DNA of 23,013 nt, from NCBI GenBank assembly GCA_034722055.1, contig JAYENL010000258.1:1-23013 (forward strand). The letters run 5' to 3'. Below the pieces are notes generated by a model. It did not search any database, was not told the origin of the DNA, and saw only the letters and a program-made list of their open reading frames with translations. Of this stretch, positions 16,208 through 23,013 are shown one piece after another; position 1 is the stretch's first letter, and each line of letters starts with the position of its first letter. This DNA is from Armatimonadota bacterium. GTDB lineage: Bacteria; Armatimonadota; Zipacnadia; Zipacnadales; UBA5352. The position numbers were made by a program, and so were the translations under genes.

Positions 16208-17320
16208 ATGGCCGTCAGATGCAGGGCGCACATTCTGCGCGACTACCGGATGGAGCAGGCGCCGATGGGGGACGATGAGGTCGGCAGGACGGGGATCGAT
16301 GAGCAGCGGCGCCGCAACTACGTGGCCTTCACCTGCCTGCTCCACAACCCCCGGGACGGGCGGCTCTACTGCGGGATAACCGCCTACGATGCCGACATCT
16401 TCTACGCTTTCGACACGGAGACCGCCGAGTGGGAGAGCCTGGGCTGGGCGGATGTGGGCGAGGAGTTTGACGTGAAGATCCACCGCTCGCTGATCTTCGA
16501 CGAGGCGGATGAGGCCATCTACGGGGCGACGGCGTGCCTGCATGACGTGAGCAGGCGGCTGGAGGCGCCCGGCGGGAAGATATTCCGCTACAGCCCCCGG
16601 ACCGGGGAGTACGAGATCCTGGCCACGCCGGTGGAGCACGACTACATCCAGACCATCACCATGGATCACGAGCGGCGGCTGATCTACGGGCTGACCTATC
16701 CGGTATTCAAGTTCTTCCAGTATGACATCGACGCCGACGAGGTGACCGACTTCGACTTCGTCGGCTCCATCACCCACATCTCGGCGCTGGACGACAGAGG
16801 GCGCTTCTGGGGGACGTGGCACTGGACGAAGCACAACCTGTTCTGCTATGACCCGGACGCCGGCGAGATCACCTGGTTCGACCACAGCATCCCCAACGGC
16901 CCGGCGGGCCGAGACATCATGTACCCGGGCGCCGGACCGGTGGACTGCATGATCAACGGCGGCGACGGCTACCTCTACATCGGCTCCACGCTGGGCGATC
17001 TGATCCGGCTGGACCCCGAGACCGCGTCCTGCCAGTTCCTCGGCAAGCCCTACGCGTCGCGGAGGATGCCGGGGCTGCTGGTCGGCGACGACGGGCTGAT
17101 CTACGGCTGCGGGGGCGACGAGGGGAACGGGCAGCTCTTCTCCTACGACCGCGAGAGCGGCGCCTTCCGCAACCTGGGGGAGATGCACGACCCCGATCTC
17201 GACACCGCCTGCTACCGGACGCACGACATCGTGCGCGCTGACGGGAACGTCTTCTACGTGGCGGAGACCGACAACCCCTACCGGTCCGGCTACCTCTGGG
17301 AGTGCGAGGTGGAGATGTAG
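16208..17320 (+). CDS. Beta-propeller repeat protein of unknown function
   Basis: Recurring blade-like units (DGRLYCG, EAIYGAT, RLIYGLT, GRFWGT, DGYLYIGS, DGLIYGC; FYAFDTET, IFRYSPRT, FCYDPDA, IRLDPET, FSYDRES). No signal peptide. GGAGG spacing favours ATG 16208 over 16202. Confidence 0.75.
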   Translation: MAVRCRAHILRDYRMEQAPMGDDEVGRTGIDEQRRRNYVAFTCLLHNPRDGRLYCGITAYDADIFYAFDTETAEWESLGWADVGEEFDVKIHRSLIFDEADEAIYGATACLHDVSRRLEAPGGKIFRYSPRTGEYEILATPVEHDYIQTITMDHERRLIYGLTYPVFKFFQYDIDADEVTDFDFVGSITHISALDDRGRFWGTWHWTKHNLFCYDPDAGEITWFDHSIPNGPAGRDIMYPGAGPVDCMINGGDGYLYIGSTLGDLIRLDPETASCQFLGKPYASRRMPGLLVGDDGLIYGCGGDEGNGQLFSYDRESGAFRNLGEMHDPDLDTACYRTHDIVRADGNVFYVAETDNPYRSGYLWECEVEM

Positions 17321-17352
17321 GGCCGGGGCCTCCGATGCCGGCGAGGTGAGTC

Positions 17353-20277
17353 ATGCGACGCCTGTGGAGTCTGCTGAGCCTGATGGCGCTGCTGGGTGTC
17401 GTGCCCGCGGCGCATGCAGTGGAGCTTGTCATCGATCACGAGCCGGTGGCCACCATCGTGGTCCCGGATGACGCCCTGCCGGTGGAGAGCTTTGCGGCTG
17501 AGGAGCTTCGCCACCACCTCGAGCGAGCCACCGGCGCCCGCCTGGTCATCGTCCCGGAGGGCGACGCGGACCCTGACGGCGAGGTGGTCCTCATCGGCTC
17601 CTGCCGCGCGACGGCGGCTGCCGGGGTGGACACTGAGGCTCTGCCCGCCAACGGCTTCATCGTCAGGGCCGATGAGGACCGGCTGATGCTGGCAGGCGAC
17701 GACAGCGACGGCCCGGCGGCGTGGGTGTTGCACAACAACCGCACGCGCGTGGGGACGCTGTTCGCGGTCTACCATCTGCTGGATCGCCATCTGGGCGTGC
17801 GGTGGCTGTGGCCGGGGCCGCTGGGCGAGGTCATTCGCGAGCGCGCCGACGTGGTCTTCGGGGAGCTTGATGAGAGGGGCCAGCCGGCCTTCATCCACGC
17901 TCGATGGCGTGATGGCGGGGCGGTCGTGGCCGGGGAGGATGGCTGGGCTTCACCGGACACGCGCAGCCGGTTCATCTCGGCTCAGGGGACCTGGCTGCGC
18001 CGGCATCGCTTCGCGCTTGGCGTCAACATGGACATGAAGCACGCCTTCACGGACTGGTGGGAGCGGCATGGCGAGGAGCATCCGGAGTACTTCAACCTCC
18101 TGCCGGACGGCACCAGACGGCCCGACCCCACCTACTGGGGCGGCTCCCCGCGGCTGGTCTCCATGTGCGTGTCAGAGCCGGCCTTCCACCGGGCGATCAT
18201 CGAGGACTGGCAGCGCACGCGAAGCGAGGGCAACCCCTATATTGACGCCAGCGAGAACGATACCGCGGGCAAGTGCACGTGTGCGCGCTGCATGGCGTGG
18301 GACGCTCCGGACCCGGAGCTTGAGGTGCCGTGGGAGGAGCGCGTGGAGCACGCCACAGCGGCCTTCGAGGCGGGCGAGAGCGACTGGCATCGCTTCCTGG
18401 GGAGCCTCTCGGACCGCTACGCCCACTACTACCTGGCCGTCCAGGAGGAGGCCCGCAGGATCGACCCCGAGGCGGTGGTGATGGGTTTCGCCTACGCCAA
18501 CTATCGCCGGCCTCCGCGCGAGACGTCGCTGAACGATCACATCATCATCGGCATCGTCCCCGGGGTCATGTTCCCGTGGACCGATGACAGGGTCGCCGAG
18601 ATGCGCCAGCAGTGGGAGGGCTGGTCCGCCACCGGCGCCCGGCTGCTGCTGCGCCCCAACTATATGCTCGACGGCCACAATATGCCGCTGTTCATGGCGC
18701 GCACGCTCGGCCGCGAGTTCCGCTACTGCGCGCAGCACGGCATGATCGGCACCGACTTCGACTCCCTCACCGGCCAGTACGCCACTCGGGGGCCTGACCT
18801 CTACATGCTCGCCCGCCTGCACGCCCGCCCCCAGCTCCCCGTCGATGAGGTGCTTGACGAGTTCTACTCGGCGTTCGGCCCCGCGAAGGCCGCGATCCAG
18901 GCCTACTTCGCGCATTGGCAGCGGGTCTGCGACGCCGTCACTGAGCGCCCGGATGAGCTGCACTGGGCGAGCTTCTATCGCCGGGCGGATCGAATCTTTA
19001 CCCCCGAGGCCATGTCCCGTGGCGAGCAGCTCCTGGCCCGCGCCGAGGGGGCAGCGGCGGGCGATGAGATCGCCCTGGCCCGAGTGCGCTTCCTGCAGGA
19101 CGGTCTGCGCAACGCGCGCCTGACGCTCCAGGTCCAGGCGGCCTACGAGGACTACCGCGCCAGCGGCGCCATCGGACCGTATCGCGAGGCTCTCCGGCGG
19201 CTGGATGACTTCCGCGCCTCGGTTGAGGCCGACCTGATCTGCAACATGGCGTTTCTGGCGTGGGCCGAGCAGCGGACCTGGGACCGGGAGCTGCTGAGCC
19301 TGATGGCCGAGCCGGGCGAGCGCCTCTCGGGGCCATGGAGGTTCCGCTGGGACCCGGAGGGCGTCGGCGAGGAGGAGGGCTGGCACCGCCCAGATCACCC
19401 GGATGGCGACTGGCTGGAGATCGGCGTGGACGGCCCCTGGGAGGAGCAGGCGGTGGGGCGGAAGTGGCGCGAGGAGCACGGCCAGGACTACAACGGGCTG
19501 GCGTGGTACCGCACCACCTTCACCGTGGAGCGGGAGCCCGACCGTCCTACGATCCGGCTCGTCTTCGGCGCCGTGGACGAGGCCTGCACGGTCTGGATCA
19601 ACGGGGAAGAGGTGCTGGAGCGCCCCTATCCCTTCGAGGGCGATCCCGACTCCTGGCAGAAGGCCTTCGAGGTGGAGGTTACCGAGGTTGTGCGCTACGG
19701 CCAGCCGAACGTGCTGGCGGTTCGGGTGGAGGACAACGCCGGTGCGGGCGGCATCTGGCGCCCGGTGTGGCTGGCGCACTCGGCCCCGGCGATCGACGAC
19801 GAGGCGAATCTGATTGATGACGGCGGCTTTGAGAATCAGTCAGGAGCCTGGAAGAGGAATGTGATGTGCGGCGAGTTCTCGTTCGCGCTGGACCCCACCG
19901 TACCCCACGGCGGCCGGCTGTGCGCCATGCTGCAGTGCACCGCCCCCGGGCCGCCTGAGGCCGAAAAGCAGCACCGCACCAGGGTCTGGGGCCGGTGGTA
20001 TCAGCCGGTCGGCCCGGTGGACCCGGAGAGGACCTACCGGCTGCGGCTGTGGGTCCGCACCAGCGATGACTTCGGCGGGCGTCTGGCCATCTGGGTCACG
20101 GGCGCCGGCGGCGGCACCATGGCCGCGAATGTGCTCAACACCGAGGGCCTGTGGCGCGAGCTTACCATCGATGAGATCAAGCCGGACGGCGACCAGTTGG
20201 GCGTCTACCTGAACCTGATGCATGGTACCGGCACAGCGTGGTTCGATGACGTCGAGCTGGTCGGCACCGAGGAGTGA
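17353..20277 (+). CDS. Secreted DUF4838-type protein with GH2-like sugar-binding domain and C-terminal CBM-like domain
   Basis: Signal peptide ending AAHA. N-terminal FAAEELRHHL...GTLFAVYHLL...GVRWLWPG, then HPEYF, CTCARC and FAYANY. C-terminal LSGPWRF...GLAWYR...FGAVDE...NVLAVRV...GGIWRPV (GH2 N-domain-like) and NLIDDGGFE...AWFDDVEL (CBM4/9-like). Confidence 0.78.
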   Translation: MRRLWSLLSLMALLGVVPAAHAVELVIDHEPVATIVVPDDALPVESFAAEELRHHLERATGARLVIVPEGDADPDGEVVLIGSCRATAAAGVDTEALPANGFIVRADEDRLMLAGDDSDGPAAWVLHNNRTRVGTLFAVYHLLDRHLGVRWLWPGPLGEVIRERADVVFGELDERGQPAFIHARWRDGGAVVAGEDGWASPDTRSRFISAQGTWLRRHRFALGVNMDMKHAFTDWWERHGEEHPEYFNLLPDGTRRPDPTYWGGSPRLVSMCVSEPAFHRAIIEDWQRTRSEGNPYIDASENDTAGKCTCARCMAWDAPDPELEVPWEERVEHATAAFEAGESDWHRFLGSLSDRYAHYYLAVQEEARRIDPEAVVMGFAYANYRRPPRETSLNDHIIIGIVPGVMFPWTDDRVAEMRQQWEGWSATGARLLLRPNYMLDGHNMPLFMARTLGREFRYCAQHGMIGTDFDSLTGQYATRGPDLYMLARLHARPQLPVDEVLDEFYSAFGPAKAAIQAYFAHWQRVCDAVTERPDELHWASFYRRADRIFTPEAMSRGEQLLARAEGAAAGDEIALARVRFLQDGLRNARLTLQVQAAYEDYRASGAIGPYREALRRLDDFRASVEADLICNMAFLAWAEQRTWDRELLSLMAEPGERLSGPWRFRWDPEGVGEEEGWHRPDHPDGDWLEIGVDGPWEEQAVGRKWREEHGQDYNGLAWYRTTFTVEREPDRPTIRLVFGAVDEACTVWINGEEVLERPYPFEGDPDSWQKAFEVEVTEVVRYGQPNVLAVRVEDNAGAGGIWRPVWLAHSAPAIDDEANLIDDGGFENQSGAWKRNVMCGEFSFALDPTVPHGGRLCAMLQCTAPGPPEAEKQHRTRVWGRWYQPVGPVDPERTYRLRLWVRTSDDFGGRLAIWVTGAGGGTMAANVLNTEGLWRELTIDEIKPDGDQLGVYLNLMHGTGTAWFDDVELVGTEE

Positions 20278-20304
20278 ACGAGTAGTCGCCGCGCGCCGCC
20301 GGAG

Positions 20305-22509
20305 GTGCCTGTGATGATGCCCTTCTCCGCCTGTCTGCTCTCGCTGAGCCTGGCGTCCCCCCTGCACGCGGAGACCACTACCGTCCGCGACACCGCGAAC
20401 GCGGTGGAGGCCTACATGGTGCGCTTCTGGGGGACGGAGCGGTCGCAGCACATGAAGCCGACCTTCCGCGTCCTGACGGTGGACAACGGGGAGCTTGAGG
20501 TCCGCCACTGCATCCGCCCCGGCAGGTGGGGCGACTACGTGCTGCCCTACTGGCCGATCACGGGCTTCCTGTCCATCATCGACCGGCCTGCTGAGATCGC
20601 CCTCTTGGGCCGGGCCGACTACACCGCGGCGGGGGAGGCCCGCCACACTGACTTCGCCGTGCACGAGGGGTTCGAGCTGGCGTCGGTGAGGGATGCGGAC
20701 GTGCTGCGGGTCACCAATCGGGGCGGCGAATCGCCGCTGCTGATGGAGTACATATACGTGATCCCGGCCGGCCGACGCGAGGTTCAGGTGCTGGCCCAGG
20801 TCACCAATACCGGCGACGAGCCGCTCGGCGATGTGACGCTGACCGCCATCTACCGGCAGTCCTTCAACTGGAGCGACTTCCGCGTGGCAGGCGCGGGCCC
20901 GTATCGGGCCATCGCGGCGCCGCGGAGCGGCCAGGCGCGATGCTTCGCCGCATACTCGGAGGGCATGCGGCGGGGCTTCGAGTTCCTGGCCGGGGAGGGC
21001 TGCGCGCTCAGCTACGATCTGTCCGTGGAGATGAACCGGTGGGAGGTACGCCTGGCCGGCGGCGCCAGAGACCTCGCGGCCGGCGCGTCGATGCACTTCG
21101 GCTATGTGGTGCGAGCCAGGGGCGAGTCGCCGGCCGAGCCGGCGCAGGGCGTCCTCATCCCCGACGAGGAGCTGTTGGGGCTGTCCTTCCGGTCGGTGCG
21201 TCCCGCCGCGTTCAAGACCTCGCCGATCGCGACGCGCGGGCGGGTGATGCTCCCGGAGGTGGTGCGGGGGGTGGATCGGCACAAGACACGGGGGCTGAAC
21301 CTCCGTGCCGGCTTCCCGCAGGCCTTCGAGGACCTGCAGACCCTGAAGCAGTGGGGCTGCAACCTGGTCATCAGAGGAATCGGTGACGCGGAGAATACCC
21401 GGCAGCTCGTGGCGCGGGGACACGAGCTTGGCATGGAGATGTTCCTGCAGGGCAGCGGCCGCTACACCGACGGCCCGCCGCATTTCGACGCCTACTACGC
21501 TGAGCCGCTGCCGCCGGTGCAGCACGGCGACTCCCACGGGCAGGACGAGGACCATACCTACTGGTATGCCATCCGCCCCACCCGCGACTTCCAGGCCGAC
21601 TTCGGCAAGCCCATGGCGCTGGCGACACAGGAGGAGAAGGTGCTCTACTGGAGCCGGTGCTTCCTCGATAAGTGGCGGGGCGTGCTGCACGACGTGCGCC
21701 GGTGGGCCCCGGAGGGCGATATCTGGTTCTACATGCCCTCGCCGTGGCCGGCGCACCTGGATCCGCTGGACTACTACGACGTGTTCTTCCGCCAGGTGGC
21801 GGCACTGGGGGATCGCCTGACGGTGTTCCCATTCTACTACGGGGTGGACTTCGACAACTGCGAGTACATGGTGCGCCGCTGGAAGGACGCCGGGGCGGCG
21901 AGGGTGGTGTTCCTGCCCATGCGCGGGTTCATGGAGCGTCCCGGCCAGTTCCTGAGGGCGATCACGGCCGCACGGCGGGGCGGCGCCGACGGCACCTGCG
22001 GCTTCTCATTCGCGGTGGGCGCCGAGGAGCCCGGCCGAGAGTGGCAATGGAAGTCAGTCATGCTCGGCGCCTGGGCCAACTTCCCCACTCCCGATCTGGA
22101 TGCCTACTGCCTCATCGAGGAGCCCGCGGAGCTGCTGGAGGCCCTGGCGGCCGCCGAACAGGTCGCGGTCGTCGGGGAGGAGGCAGCCGCAGACCTCGAG
22201 TGGCGCCTCGCTGAGTTGCTGCCCGGCGAGGTGACGGCGAGCGACACTGCACCGCAGGCGCCGGCGGAGGGGCAGATGAGCGTGCTCGTCGGTACCGACG
22301 CCCTCACCGAGGGCGTCCGGCGTCTGCTGGATGAGGCTGCCGAGGCGGCGCGGGCCGGCAAGGGCGTTCTCTGGATGGAGGGGAGCACAGTGGGGGTCTG
22401 GGGGGCCGAGCCCCAGGCGCTGCAGAGCGCCATGCGGCTGCTGGAGCGCTTCGCGGAGCTTGCGAAGGCGGAGCGAGAGGCATCGCAGCCCCCCGTGGCC
22501 GCAGAATGA
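20305..22509 (+). CDS. Hypothetical, probably secreted protein (possible carbohydrate-active barrel domain)
   Basis: Long ORF with host-like codon usage, hydrophobic N-terminus ending PLHA, and alternating helix/strand pattern in the C-terminal half (LKQWGCNLV, GHELGMEMF, ARRGGADG). Exact start uncertain (20305-20317). Confidence 0.65.
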   Translation: MPVMMPFSACLLSLSLASPLHAETTTVRDTANAVEAYMVRFWGTERSQHMKPTFRVLTVDNGELEVRHCIRPGRWGDYVLPYWPITGFLSIIDRPAEIALLGRADYTAAGEARHTDFAVHEGFELASVRDADVLRVTNRGGESPLLMEYIYVIPAGRREVQVLAQVTNTGDEPLGDVTLTAIYRQSFNWSDFRVAGAGPYRAIAAPRSGQARCFAAYSEGMRRGFEFLAGEGCALSYDLSVEMNRWEVRLAGGARDLAAGASMHFGYVVRARGESPAEPAQGVLIPDEELLGLSFRSVRPAAFKTSPIATRGRVMLPEVVRGVDRHKTRGLNLRAGFPQAFEDLQTLKQWGCNLVIRGIGDAENTRQLVARGHELGMEMFLQGSGRYTDGPPHFDAYYAEPLPPVQHGDSHGQDEDHTYWYAIRPTRDFQADFGKPMALATQEEKVLYWSRCFLDKWRGVLHDVRRWAPEGDIWFYMPSPWPAHLDPLDYYDVFFRQVAALGDRLTVFPFYYGVDFDNCEYMVRRWKDAGAARVVFLPMRGFMERPGQFLRAITAARRGGADGTCGFSFAVGAEEPGREWQWKSVMLGAWANFPTPDLDAYCLIEEPAELLEALAAAEQVAVVGEEAAADLEWRLAELLPGEVTASDTAPQAPAEGQMSVLVGTDALTEGVRRLLDEAAEAARAGKGVLWMEGSTVGVWGAEPQALQSAMRLLERFAELAKAEREASQPPVAAE

Positions 22510-22583
22510 GCCGCGCCCTGCACGACCCCGATGCCTGCCGACGCCAGTCGGCGTCAGTATCCGGGCAACCGCGCACGCGAGCG

Positions 22584-23012
22584 CTAATCGATTGGGTCAC
22601 GGGGCGGGATGAAGTCGGGGACCAGCCGGGCGTCGGTGCCCGGCACTCGCATGGGCACGCCCAGGAACAGGTCGCACGAGCCGTCGCCGTTCGCGAGGTC
22701 GGGCACGAAGGCCTTCACGACATCCAGCGTCCGCCTCAGCCGCTCCGGCTCGTCGGCCGCCAGGGTCAGGTGCGGCCGAAGCGAGAGCTCGCCCTCCGGC
22801 GAGACCGCGACCTCGTAGAACGTGGCCTCGGTCGGGGCCTCCCCGGTGGCGGCGTAGAGCCACAATTGGTCATCGGGCGACCGCACCAGCCTGTGGTCGG
22901 GGCGCCGGAACTCGGCGACCTCGACCGGCGCATCGCCGCTGAGTCGCGCCCCGTCGATGAACCGCCTGGCCGGCACGTCGAAGCACAGCAGGTTGGCGCC
23001 CTGCAGGATCAC
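22584..23012 (-). CDS. 3' end of a hypothetical protein, truncated by the window edge
   Basis: Open frame from the window end to TAG at 22584 with GC3-rich codons, convergent with the previous gene. No recognisable motif. Confidence 0.6.
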   Translation of the reverse strand: MILQGANLLCFDVPARRFIDGARLSGDAPVEVAEFRRPDHRLVRSPDDQLWLYAATGEAPTEATFYEVAVSPEGELSLRPHLTLAADEPERLRRTLDVVKAFVPDLANGDGSCDLFLGVPMRVPGTDARLVPDFIPPRDPID

Positions 23013-23013
23013 C

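Noticed and set aside
22510..22583. Possible bidirectional terminator (GCCGAC-GCCA-GTCGGC)
   Set aside because: Short 6-bp stem without U-tracts; weak support.

Overview
A 23-kb chromosomal window from a high-GC bacterium (about 70% GC by eye). The left half is housekeeping: recD2 (-), a divergent operon of a GHMP/galactokinase-like kinase and two tandem alpha-D-phosphohexomutases (+), an MBL-fold hydrolase (-), and ruvC-ruvA-ruvB (-). The right half has an OsmC-like gene, several large, mostly secreted carbohydrate-active-looking proteins, a stand-alone HD protein resembling the N-terminal part of Cas10, a beta-propeller protein and a partial gene at the edge. The most striking structure is a ~1.1-kb lower-GC cassette (7696-8803) at the 3' end of ruvB. 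It is bounded by a 21-bp direct repeat (20/21 identical) that duplicates the last ruvB codons and stop. It carries only a DUF3800-type (RNase H-like, acidic-motif) gene and a convergent, near-consensus sigma70 promoter (TTGCAT-N17-TATACT) placed directly before a ~70-nt strongly structured segment, a candidate protein + ncRNA mobile module. Other oddities are a Ser-to-Gly change at the catalytic phosphoserine of the first mutase, a relic second C-terminus after the osmC-like gene, a perfect 30-bp palindrome, heptamer tandem repeats and REP-like elements. All family assignments come from motif recognition by eye; no searches were run.
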